DNA of 63,800 nt, counting the filler, from Craspedostauros australis (Eukaryota): the NCBI GenBank assembly GCA_030167865.1. It is 5 parts of 5 records of this genome, joined end to end, with 100 filler letters (N's around TTAATTAATTAA, not from the genome) between each part and the next. Parts side by side here need not be neighbours in the genome. Positions count along the whole stretch, not along the records: positions 1 to 29,476 come from JALAGF010004969.1; positions 29,577 to 48,975 come from JALAGF010004971.1; 3 more parts are not named here. One strand, written 5' to 3'. Every line of letters begins with the position of its first letter. Position 1 is the first letter of the stretch. A program made the position numbers and the translations under genes. The notes beneath the pieces were generated by a model. That model searched no databases. It was given only the letters and a program-made list of their open reading frames with translations, and was not told the DNA's origin. This document shows, piece by piece, positions 22,424-33,896 of this stretch.

Positions 22424-23722
22424 TTATTCATCTCCAAACAGACTCCCAAATGCATGCCCATTCCCATCGCCGTCGTCATATCCATCATTGTCTGCATCTC
22501 CGACCGTTTCCATGTCGTACCCATGACGGATACTCCGAAATGTCGGAATCGCCACGCTGTCCGGATAATGCCGTCTCAAAGGTTCCGGTAGTGGCTCAGC
22601 CACCATCATCGTCGTCGTTGTCGTCGTTGTCGTCTGCACCCAATACATGACCAGAATTTGACGAAACTGATGCAACTGCGTCAAGTAGGGACGCACCAGG
22701 AAGGTCCACAACCGAGATTGCCACGACTTCATATCATCATGGCACTGCAGAACATCACGAAAGATCCAACGCAAATGCTTGCGAATGAACAGCGCGGTGG
22801 GCGGTGGATGCGCTGCGCATTCATTGAGGTACGACGCGGCCATGTAAACGCGATTGTGACGACCCATGAACATGCACGGCGTCTGCAAGAAGTTGCGGGC
22901 CAGCAGGATGCCGCACGCGCCAGTCTGCTGCAACAACGGCGCAATATCGTCCAACCGTTCGACGTTGGGACCATTGAGCAGGACGGGAATGTGCACGGCT
23001 TGCGCGACGGCCTTGCCGGCCTCCAAATCGGCGGCGCCGCGATGTTTGTCATCGCGTATGCGACAATGCAACGCCAGACGATCGCAGCCGGCATCTTGCA
23101 ACGCTTGAGCGTAGGCGATGGTATCGGTCGGTTGCAATCGGAACTTGCACGACACGGTCATGTGCGGCGGCACGACGCGTTTCAACACGCGGATGCATTG
23201 CAAGGCCGCATCGCGCGGCAGGAAGGCCCCGAATCCACCCTCCCTGGCGCACGATTGCGGACAGCCCAAGTTGAGATCGATGCCGGCGATGTGACCGTGC
23301 ATGGTGAGAATTGCGCGCGCGGCATCCGCTAGTTCGTCGGCGCCGCTCGCGCAGAGCTGCACGATGAGGTTCGTCTCGTGCGGATCAATGTCCAGCAGAG
23401 TCAAGAGGATGTCATCGTGATATCCTTGGAGCTCGGCGTGCGAGATGTCCTGTTTGCGTTGCCACATGTCGTAGGCCTGCAGGACGATGTGCGCGCGCAG
23501 CATGGGGGTGTAGCACAGCAGAGTGACGCTGTCGGGCGTGTGCTTGCGGACCAGTTGGCGGAAGGCCAGTTCCGATCCACCGACCATCGGTCCCAATGCG
23601 ACGATCATACGAATATCGTCATCATCGTTGTGGTCTTCCAGCGGGTCTTCGTTCGCTGTTGCTGCCGCGTGTGTTGTCACAGCTCCATGAGGATCATCGA
23701 AGCTCTCATTGTCCGCTTCCAT
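22424..23722 (-). CDS. tRNA-dihydrouridine synthase (DUS1-like)
   Basis: GPMVGGSELAFR, YTPM, VQL, GIDLNLGCPQ, GGFGAFL, SCKFR, LHCR, LLNG motifs. Confidence 0.9.
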   Translation of the reverse strand: MEADNESFDDPHGAVTTHAAATANEDPLEDHNDDDDIRMIVALGPMVGGSELAFRQLVRKHTPDSVTLLCYTPMLRAHIVLQAYDMWQRKQDISHAELQGYHDDILLTLLDIDPHETNLIVQLCASGADELADAARAILTMHGHIAGIDLNLGCPQSCAREGGFGAFLPRDAALQCIRVLKRVVPPHMTVSCKFRLQPTDTIAYAQALQDAGCDRLALHCRIRDDKHRGAADLEAGKAVAQAVHIPVLLNGPNVERLDDIAPLLQQTGACGILLARNFLQTPCMFMGRHNRVYMAASYLNECAAHPPPTALFIRKHLRWIFRDVLQCHDDMKSWQSRLWTFLVRPYLTQLHQFRQILVMYWVQTTTTTTTTMMVAEPLPEPLRRHYPDSVAIPTFRSIRHGYDMETVGDADNDGYDDGDGNGHAFGSLFGDE

Positions 23723-24317
23723 GAGGCAGGTGCATCTCGATCATCGCCCAGTGTTTGACTTCTGTCGAGAGTATGATTATGAGTATGATTATGAGTATTT
23801 TTCTGTGGTGCGTGCGTACGGTTGGTGTGAAGCAATGGTTTGGTCTTGGAAATGAAATTGTGTTGTGCAATCGTTCCATTTCTAACTTCGAAAACTTAGT
23901 ATGCAACAGAAGATCAGAACGATCGCGTGTTCACGATTGAAATCGACTACATTGATAGCACAATTGTCAGTCTGGCAGTAGGTTTGACGCATCTGGTGCC
24001 CGTTCATCCCATGCAGCGACCAAGATGACACAGAAACACCACCAAACAGGATGACGAGAAGGAAGCGACGATGGCGGTCAGAGACGGAACGGTCAAGTCC
24101 TTCGACAAATGTCTGCTGCTTCGCATCTTCCATCCACCTTCCCCTTTCTCTTCCTTGTCCATCATCATCGCCATCATCGCCGTCTGTGTTGGGCATGTGA
24201 TACGAGCAATAATCCTGCGAATAGTACAAGAGGCGAAGTGAGGCCAACCCTGAGCACCAATTGACAACATTAACGTACACGCGCCAGCACAACATTCAGC
24301 ACATCAATCAGCACAAG

Positions 24318-25399
24318 ATGACAGACACAGTGACACGACACAGACTGACGGTGCCATCCGGTTCGGAGGCGCTGCGAAGCCTGAGCAACCCCAGCGTCTC
24401 CGTCGGCCACCACCACCACCACTCCGCCAACAGCTCCAGCCGCCCCGCGCAGTACCTCAGCCGTCTCCTGGACGTGCGCCAGATGGACATCCAATCGGCG
24501 CTGGATCAGATGAAGTCCCTCCTGAGCACCAGACCTGACGTCGTCTACAAGACCAGCTACTACAGGAAACGCACCAAGAACCACTGGGCCCGCGATGACC
24601 CGGCTTTCGTCGCCTTGCAAGGCATCTTCCTCGTCATCGCCTGCATAGCCTACAGCGTCAGCTTCAAGGCGCCCATACTGGAAGGCCTCAGCTTCCTCCT
24701 CTACTCCGTATTCTTCAATTGGTTGGGCACCGGCTTCCTCATTGCCTCCGTCGGTCGCGAGATCGCCAACCGCCATCTCACCACGGAACGATCGTCCAAT
24801 CACATCCGGCAGAGCGTGGAATGGCTCTACGCCTTTGATATTCATTGCAACGCCTTCTTTCCCGTCTTCGTCTTGCTTTGTAAGTGCTCAATGTGCTCAC
24901 AATGCTAACAAAACTCACAATACTCACAATGCTTAAACTGGATACGTGCTGGATGCATCGTGTATACGTGCTGGATGGATTGATTCCATGTGGGCATGGG
25001 GGTGGAGTGCTGGTGACTGATGTTGAAAGTGGTACATTTGTATCCTATCGTGTGCCATCTTACCCCATACTGACACCTTCCTCTTCTCCGCGCCTGCTTC
25101 CAAACCTACCCACACTCCTCGTGCATACAGACGGAGTCCAATTCTTCATGCTGCCGGTCGTTCTGGGAACGGGTCTCGGCGCATTGATCATCAGCAACAT
25201 CCTGTATGCTGTGGCATTGAGCTGGTACTGGTACATCACCCATCTTGGATACAGATCACTGCCCTTCCTCAGCCAGACGGAAGTCTTCTTGTTCCCCATT
25301 GCCGCAATCGCGCTCATCTTCGTGCTGGATCTTGTGGGACACTTCTTTGATCTGGGATGGAATGCCTCCCGCATCATGGCGCATCTATACTTTGATTGA
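24318..25399 (+). CDS. UNC50: UNC-50/GMH1 family Golgi membrane protein (2 exons)
   Basis: Exon1 24318-24879, intron 24880-25130 (GTAAGT...CAG), exon2 25131-25399. QMDIQSA, TKNHWARDDPAF, VEWLYAFDIHCNAFFP, YITHLGY..LPFL. Confidence 0.95.
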
Positions 25400-25705
25400 T
25401 TCAATTGGAGTTGTCGTCAAGCGATTCTACGTCCGAGCATTGCAGATGGTTCCATCCGCACACTGCCTGCAAGTCGACAAACAAAAGACAGCCAGAATCC
25501 AAAATTCAATTGCTCTCCTACATTCAACGATACAAGAACATATTTTCATTAGAATAGGTGCAGAGATGGCAAATACTAAAACTGTAGTATTCCCCCCAAA
25601 AGCAGTCCACGCATCCATGATCGCAATTGAGCGGTTTGTCAAGTTGAGAACAATGCCGCTGGTTGCTATCATTACTCGATGTCCTCTTGGTGTTGAAATC
25701 ATTGA

Positions 25706-27663
25706 TCAATTCGGACCTGCGGGCGCCGCTATCAACGCGATGACGATGGCAGCGAATGATGCCAACCTTGCTCGTTGCACCGTTCCAATCGGCGCAGCGG
25801 AACCATCATTGCCGCCAGTTCCCCCATCACCATCGGGGTTTCCCATCGCACCAGGCCCGGACGGACCTTGCACATCGAATGTCGTTGTCTCAAATGGCAC
25901 GCGTTGGCTGTTGGACCCTTCCCAATTGTCCTGCTTTTGCAGTTGCGCCAACAGTTCCGACTTCGTCCCGGACCGCGGTCCGTTGTAGGCGTAGTTGTCA
26001 AAATGTTTGAGCGCCGTTGCCGCACCCTGCAAGGTCTGCGGCAAAGCGCTTTGATCCGTGCCGTACGCATCCTCATCCAGGCCGGGTTCCAAGAAGGATG
26101 CTCCGGCATACGAAAAGCCACCTAGCATGGTTGACGCATTGGATGACGTTTCGCAGTAGACAAAAACGGTGTCGCCCGTGGCGGCCAGGGCAAAGTTACC
26201 GCTGGATGTTTGCCAGTCAGAGCCGTACAACAGTTGGACGGTGGATGTGTCCTGGCTGTAACCGAACACGGTGCCTCTGCCGATACCCCCCGATGGAATT
26301 TTCATCTGATGAATGGTGGGAAGGAATGGGAGAGATGTTGGTGGAAACAGCAGCACACATGGTATGAAACGGAATAGCATAGAACGGGTGGTTTCGTGAG
26401 AACTCCACTCGTATCTTGCTGCAGGATATCGTGCTGCATATAGCGTCACAAGTCAATCGACTTGTGCACTGCATCACCCCAACAACGTTCACCACGCGTT
26501 GCCCAATAGTTCCGTTCACAGCGTCTCAAAGTATCGGTCGCACTCACCTTCCGCTTGCCCTCGTTAGATCGGAAGGCTTCTCCCATCCAAGCATTGTCGG
26601 TCATGCAGAGCTCCATATTTTCCGGCAGGTTTTCCAACGCCACCATGGCCACGACGTCAGGATTGTCAGAATGCACCGCGACGATCTGGACATCGCCAGG
26701 CGACAGATCGTCGCAGGAATCAACCTTGGCATCCACGCTCGTAGGACTCGGCGTGGGCGATGTCCCATCTGGCTGGCAATTGGCATACCCATAGTAGTTG
26801 GATTCGGTCGATCGCTCCGCCGATTTCGTGGTTTGCGGCCGGCCGTACATGGCCTCCACCAACTCCGGATGATCCACGAAGACGTTGCGATTGCCTTGCC
26901 ACCGCGTGCAGACTCTGTCATTGCGTGCTTCTTCGGCTGTATCGACGGGATCGGCGTAGTGCCATTCCAACAGCTGCGATAGGTACGCCATCTGGTTCGT
27001 ACCTTCCTGCGGACAGTCCGTCAATTCCAAATCGACATCGTTGCCATCGCCGTAGTACCGCACATCCATGTAAAAGATGGCGCGAGCAATATCACCTCGC
27101 ACGGACGGCGGCGGCAGGAACACCACGCTGTCCTTCGAAGTGCCATCGGCGGCTTCTGGTGCGGCCGGCACATCGCACTCACCGCCATCAGCGGCGTCCG
27201 CGAAACAGGATCCGAAGTACAGATTGTTGCGCGCGCTGTTGACGTTCCAATCGGCCGGCCGCAGATGATGCACATCGGTGAAATCGGCACCGCTTGTTCC
27301 GACGCCCAGCGACTTGGGCCACAGATGTTCGCGGTTCCAGGTGGTAGATGTGCCGTAGTCCTGCGCCGCGACGTCGGCCTGCTTGTAAATGAGGCGCACG
27401 GTGCTGGAGGATGTTGCATCCAGATCGATCAGGGCATCCCACACGTCCTCGCGGTTGTTGGCCGTGTACGGAAGGACCTTGACGTGGGTGCTCTTGAGGA
27501 GACGCCCGATGTCCAGTTTGTCCCAATCCTTGGGGTTGGTTGAGGGATCGCCATTCATCAGGGGCTTGTAGTAGATATTCGTTGGACAATTTTCAGCGAA
27601 TGAATCGTTGCCTTGTGCCTGAGCGATCGCGAAGATGAACGTGGTGACTGTTGCGAACTTCAT
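25706..27663 (-). CDS. Secreted Endonuclease I-family (His-Me finger, Bsn/EndA-like) nuclease with extra C-terminal domain and hydrophobic tail (2 exons, 571 aa)
   Basis: Signal peptide MKFATVTTFIFAIAQA; WNREHLWPKS, DVHHLRPADWNVNSARNN, RGDIARAIFYMDVRY, QGNRNVFVDHPE. Exon1 27663-26548, phase-0 intron 26547-26306 (GTGAGT...CAG), exon2 26305-25706. Confidence 0.88.
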
Positions 27664-28368
27664 GATGGTTGGCTACGTTTTCCTTGGTTTCTGGTTTTGA
27701 AATTGTGAGCGGAATTGCACTCTCCAAGCTCAACCGCACTAGCTACTCGTAGTGCAACAGAAGCGAGGATTGTGCGGATCCGCTGGTGAAGAATGATAGT
27801 ATATGTGAAAATGATTGCACTAACCAACTATCCAGTGGATGGGCCGACGGATGAAGGCCGATAACGCAGGGGAGCGGGCGATGGAAGCAGCTCGGAGAGG
27901 TGCAACCGTTACTCGGAAGAAGCCGGCGATGTTGTGAAACCAAAACGTGGAAGGTCGATGATGCATTGAAAGAGAGAGAGAGAGGAACAGGAAGCTGTCG
28001 AACTGGTCACCAAGCGACCGATGCCTCCTCAACACAGCTCTCTGATGTTAATGGAATGAAAACGAGATGCTGGATGAGAGAGGGCGAATAATGCATTGGT
28101 TTTGGTTTGGGATTCGGAAGGTTTTTCGTTTTGTGGAGTTTGTTTCTCGCTCTCACGTGGCCAGGGGAAGAGAAGTTGGAAATCTCGGTTGACCAGTTCG
28201 AGTAACTACTCCATTTTGGTATCTTTGCGAGCCAACTGATGGGTGCCAATCCTGTTTTTGGAAGAAATGAAGATGAACAGAGGCAAGGGTGGCAGGGGTA
28301 GTGCGTAACTAACGAGCAATGTTTGCTTTGAACATTAAGTAATACACTATAAGATTCTCCCAAATTAA

Positions 28369-29476
28369 TCACACGACAGGAGTGTACGTGATGGCGCAAT
28401 TCTCCACTCCGCGGAGGCTATCAAACGGACCTGTTCGAAGATCATCGCACAGGGCGTTCTCCAACCGCCGATGAGCAACAGCAGATCCATGAATGTGATG
28501 GTCATTTTCGCTTTTGTCATCATCATGGTCTTGGACAGTTGCCGCTGTCGCTGTTGTCGTTGTTGTTGTTGTCGTCGTCGTCGTCTTGTCGTCCTCCCCG
28601 TTCTCAGTCGACAATCGGCGTGGAGAGGATCGAAGGTTCATGGAGAATGAGTCGGTGGCGATGTGCTGCTCGTCCTCCTCTTCATCTCGTTGCTCCTGCT
28701 GATGTTGCTCCTGCTGTTGCCCCTGCTGTTGAAGATATCTCCAGTTGAAGTACCAGTTGGAGAAGTTGTCACGGCCATCGTATCCATCATCATCGTCATC
28801 ATCACGAAGGTTTGGAAGACGGAAGTAGTAGTCGTCATCATCATCGTCGTCATCATCGTCCATGTGTTGATCCTGTGAAGAAGAAGAAGGTTCAATGGTG
28901 GACATCGTTGACGATGGTGTCATGGATGGACTTGCCGTCTGGTTGGATGGACTGGCTTCATCGGTGTCGACATCGATGCTATCCTCATCGTCCATTGATG
29001 GCGATGGTGACGACGATGGTGGCACCGATGGCGATGGCACCGATGATGGTTGTGTCGATGTTGAAGGTGTCGTTGGAGATTGCGACGGATGGATCGGTGA
29101 TGGCGCTGCTGCGGATGGTGTTGCTGATGGTGCCGACGTTGGTGTTGAAGTCGGATGGGAAGTGGGCGTGTCAGTCATCGCCACCCGCACCACGTTGTCA
29201 TCATCATCGTCGTCGTCGTCGTCGTCGTCGTCAGCGCCGGGCTGGTTTCCACAGAGGAAGCACGATGCATCAAAGATGGCATAGATATTGACATGGTAGT
29301 ATCCAGTCTGGAAGTTGGGTTTGTACGATCCTCCGCTGTACGACCAATGGAACAACATTCGATCACCTTGGTTGACATCGTTGCCGTCATCACTGCTGTT
29401 GACATTGCTGTTGACATTGCTGTTGCTCTCTCCGTTCACATGTCCGCTCGTGGCTGCACCCCCAACAGCATTCATG
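28369..29476 (-). CDS. Inverted paralog (copy B) of the secreted acidic RxL protein at 1139-2821; 5' end lost in the gap
   Basis: Colinear and near-identical to about 1736-2821; differences are mostly repeat-length changes. Truncated by the N spacer. Confidence 0.8.
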
Positions 29477-29576
29477 NNNNNNNNNNNNNNNNNNNNNNNN
29501 NNNNNNNNNNNNNNNNNNNNTTAATTAATTAANNNNNNNNNNNNNNNNNNNNNNNNNNNNNNNNNNNNNNNNNNNN
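29477..29576. other. Artificial contig spacer (N44-TTAATTAATTAA-N44)
   Basis: Six-frame-stop linker flanked by Ns; identical spacers occur at three other sites. Confidence 0.97.
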
Positions 29577-32131
29577 CAGGCTCTCTCCTTGATGACAATG
29601 TCATTGGCGATAGTTTCATTGTGGGCAACATCCTCGCATGCGCTTTCGCCATCGCAAGCACCCTGTTCAATGAGCAAGCTTCCTTCAATTTTGATTCCCA
29701 GAAAATTAGTCCTCGCATGTGCCCGCTGGCAAGCATATTCTCCATGGCATGCGTTCTCCCCAATTGTAATGTCTGCCACGATCGGTGATGTCGTATCACC
29801 CTGACTGTTGCGTCTGCCAAGAAAGTAGCATGCATCGTCACCATCGCAAGCCCCACTCTTAATTCTCACATTGCCAAAGATGTTACGGCCAAGGCTACAG
29901 CAACTGAATGACCCATGGCATGCCTTTGGTCCAATCACCCGGTACCCGAGCTTGACATCAGGGTGTGGGATGCTGTTGAATCCGCCCAGATCATCACAGG
30001 CCTCATCGCCGACGCAACTCTCGATGATGATGGTATCAGGGACCATCCTACCGCACAGGGCGCCCTCCACGCAGGAATTCTCACTGACTGTCATCACACC
30101 AGGAGGAAAAGTGCGGCAATCACCGGAATCTGTGCAACAATCCGTGCCACAAGCCTCCCGCAATGGATCTTCACTCCCAGTGAATAGTCTTGTGCCTTTT
30201 GCCACAGTTTTCACCAGTAGCTCAGTCATGTCGCGATCGTTCTTGATCTTGTCGAATCGGGCTTGAGCTTCCCCAATTGCCACTATCCCAGGAGTGTCAT
30301 CATCATTGCAACCAAAGATGCTCTTGATCATTCTATCTCCATTGCCAGGTAGACCTTCGACTGCATCAACGAAATCCGCGCACGCACCATCGCTCTCATT
30401 GCAGAAGACCTGATCAGATATCGTGTTGAAAGTCGATGCCACATTCCCCGGACCTTCGAGGCATCCAACCTCAAGTCCAGGCGTGGTGGTTGGCATGGTG
30501 GTTGGCATGGTGCTTGGCGCCTGAGAACGCGAAGGAGACGAGCTTGGTCGATCGGTTGGCATGGTGGTCGGAATGGGCGTAGGGTTGGACGACACAGTGG
30601 GAAGTGGGGTTGGAAAGAAGGTAGGACACTCCGTTGGCAACGTGTCCTTACCAACGCAATACTTCTCCACCTTGTCACCCGTTGGAAGGAAGTTTGTGTC
30701 CCTGCCTCCCTTGGGACAGGCTCCCTCCGCATCACTGATCANATACACCGCATCATGATCGCACTCCGACTTCGTCATNCATGCCCANCAGCTCTGANCA
30801 CCGCCNCANCCNCCAGGAGGGACGATGATATCNGTNNTCATCCTGTCATTCAAGCCAAGCTTCTCGCATGAGCCTTCATCAGCACAGCCACCATCACCGA
30901 TGGTCAGGCTTCCTGCAATCTTGCCAGCAGAACCGCGATCCACAGTGGAATGGGCATCCTTGCAGGCATTGCTGCCAACACAAGCATTCGAGCCAATATC
31001 GATGTGGCTTCGATAGCGAAAGGATGGTGCTGACTGTTTGACACGGCGGCCAGCTGAGTAGCATGCTTTGGGGCTGATGCATGCGCCAGTCTGGATGGTC
31101 ACATCACCGTGTGATCGATGTCCCACCCCTTCACAGGATTGCGTGTTGGTGCATGCGCCTTCACCAACGAATGTCACTCCAGTGATGAAAGGATTGATCT
31201 CGTTCTGATTCATGGATTCGCATGCACTCACGCCAGTGCAAGAGGCGTCCAGGATGAGAGGGTTCGGTCCCATGTCTTTGCATGCGCTGTCACCGACACA
31301 CGCAGTGACGGCAACGGTCATGAATGGCGGATAGTTGGAGTTGGAAGCAGAAGCGGTGATTGAGGTGCATCCTGCTGATCCTTGGCAGCATGGATTGGCG
31401 GCGAGAGGAGACAGGGCCATCCCGATGGACATGCATGCCGCCTTCATCGCATCCGGTCGCTCAGTGATGAGGATAGTCTTGGTGGTCGCCACCAGAGTGA
31501 GTTGCTCAGCAAGGATATCGCTGGTTGCGTACTTGTGGAAGAGCTTGCGCGTCGCACCTTCTCCCAAGTTCCCTGCGCATCCGAAGAAGTTCTGGAGTGC
31601 CGTGGATTCCCTCACAGCGGTCACTGCCTCGCGGCATGATGGCTTGGCAGAGTTGCAGATGATGGTCTTGGGTTTGGTCTCTTCTGGTGTGAGAATGGTG
31701 ACGCCGTCAGGCCTGCAGACAACGGAGATGATGGAATCAAAGTCCATCGGGGGAGATGACGGAGATGATGTCGGCGGCGCGGTGGGTGCAGCCATGGGAG
31801 GGGAGGTCAGGGAGCGTGTGGGATCGACGGTTGGATGGGCGCTTGGAATCCATGTGGGCGTGGTGGTGAGATCTGTAGCCTCCTTGGAAGTTGAAGGCAT
31901 TTGTGATGGTGGAATGGAGGGTTCCAAGAAGCCGTTCTTGTTTGTTTTGGCTCCCTTGTTGTTGCCGGCGCCGAAAGCAGCCTTGAGGGTGCGAGTAGCT
32001 TGTAACGCCAGGTGCATCTCATCGACTGTGTCTGCGGTCTGATCTCCAGAGAGGCGCGCTTCTGCCATTGTCATGAAGGTGACAAGGAGAGTGGTGATGA
32101 TGATTGTCTTGACGTTGATCATCTTGATCAT
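29577..32131 (-). CDS. Large secreted mucin-like protein with alternating PTS linkers and Cys-rich (A/S)CxGxxAC repeat domains, copy A (3' truncated)
   Basis: Signal peptide (TIIITTLLVTFMTMAEA), RTL motif, PTS tract, Cys-rich module 1, PTS tract, Cys-rich module 2. The ORF stays open into the gap. Confidence 0.85.
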
Positions 32132-33055
32132 CTTGATTTTCGTGTTGGCTTATGTGATTGAGTGATGGAGATTGTTGTTGCTGTTGGTGGTGATGTTGCT
32201 GTTGCTGTTGCTTTCCGATTCGAATTGGAGTTTGTTGATTTTGTGGTAAAGAGTGGTGGTAGCAATCATTTTGCCTCCAGTGTTGCCCCCAGTGTTGCCT
32301 CCACACGATGCCAAAGGGCAAGACCTCGTCTGTTGAAGTAGTACAGCCCATGTTTGGTTCTGTGCTTGGTACTGCCTCGTTCGTGCCATTCGGGCAAGCG
32401 AAGGATCCCTCTTTCATCCCTTGTTTCTGTTGACTCGTCTTCACTCAGAAACGACATGTGAATGCGATTGCGGACTGATGAGAGTATCACGCAGAATGAA
32501 CCCGTGGCTGAAGAAGGAACATGCGTAGTCGTAAGGTATGTAGAACCTCATGTTTCGCACAGCCCTGACATGCACGCTGATCTCAACTGCGATTGAAGTC
32601 TGTGTGTATCTCCAAGTTGGAACCGAAGTACCAGAAATCACCGACTACTCTCCGCATGGAGGATGGATACGTTCGCATCGCGTTTTGATCATGTGCGATG
32701 TTGCCCATGATGTTGCTGAACCTTCGCCAAATCAAAATGACATGGGCCCACCCCAGCCCGTGCCCTTCTCTGTTCCTTCGCTCTTGCTTTTGATCTTGAT
32801 TTCGATCTTGCCCTTGTCCCATGAGAGTCTCGATGTATCATTAGAGACGCACTTCGCTACACCTCGGAGACCACCACACCATCTTGATTGCAGATGCCTG
32901 CCGAACACTTCAATGTGTGTGGTTGGCACAGGGGATTCTCAATCGAAACGATGTGGTTGTGGGAAAGAAGAGAAGAAACGGAGTTGCGAAAATTGCGTAT
33001 TCTTTCGGTTACTGAGATCATTCGATGCCGTCGTCTGTCTAGCTGAATGCGACCT
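29577..33055 (-). repeat. Left arm of a ~3.5-kb inverted segmental duplication (partner 45489-48975)
   Basis: Its reverse complement aligns with 45489-48975, including about 0.9 kb of upstream non-coding DNA. Both arms end at the same base (...AAGGAGAGAGCCTG) against N spacers. Confidence 0.92.
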
Positions 33056-33412
33056 AGTATCTTTTGGCTTGGGTGGAGGCCAATTTTTTGGAAACCATTG
33101 GTAACAATTGGCATTTAGTCGTATGAGTCAGTTTGGCTGTAGACGATGGTACAAGTTGTACGTCAGTCCCACACGAAGTGGCCCCAAAACACACTACTTC
33201 TGCCGCAAACCTCCTCGGCAAGTCCATGCCGCTCCATTCAATTGAGATTTCCTTTAGTGAGAACTCTCACATATGGCTTTTCATCGCCCTCTCCAACTTT
33301 GGTGGCAATTGGTTGGGTAGTGGTTGAGACCTGTCTGTTTCTTTGGAGCAGGCACTCGATATTGTCATTCACGAATGCTTTTCACCGCGATGTATCGTGG
33401 CGAATTTCTGTG
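33054..33412 (-). mobile_element. Non-autonomous fragment sharing the 3' terminus of the piggyBac-like element at 62514-63496
   Basis: About 360 bp of clear but diverged similarity to the reverse complement of 63139-63496 (e.g. CTTTTGGCTTGG-TGGAGGCCAATTTTTTGG; TCGGCAAGTCCATGCCGCTCCATT). Both copies begin at CTAG. Confidence 0.75.
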
Positions 33413-33896
33413 TGCCCCAGCGCGTGCTACTGGGCTCCGCAACACGACAAATTTCACACAGGAGGGCCAGGAACTTTACAACTACCGCGATCGGTTTGCC
33501 GAATGAGTGTGGTGCATCGTGCTCTAACTCTGTCATATTACATCAATTGGTGTCACAAAGCTTAAGAGGAATTGAAGATAGGGTGCGCAAGGTATTGGCA
33601 ATGTGTGGAGTATGTATGTTTGTGTGTACTTGTATAGTATTGTGGTTATGTTTGCGTGAAGGAAGCTCCGTCAAGCCAATGTGGAAATCTCGTTCCGCAT
33701 CATGCAAATTTGCTGCTTCAAGAAGCTTGCCTGATGGATGTGATGTGATGGCAGATGACCGGGCCAATGCATCGATTTGACATCCCCAACTCGGCAACAT
33801 GCTTGGGCTCACATCCCAACGCAGTGAAAAAAGGACGCGCTCGTCTCGCAGGAAAGTTTGCAGAGTCCTGGCGCATACGTTCGTGTGATTCGTCCA

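Noticed and set aside
28369..32131. Apparent tandem cluster or fusion of the RxL gene copy B with the Cys-rich gene copy A
   Set aside because: They are separated by an artificial spacer, so true distance and adjacency are unknown.
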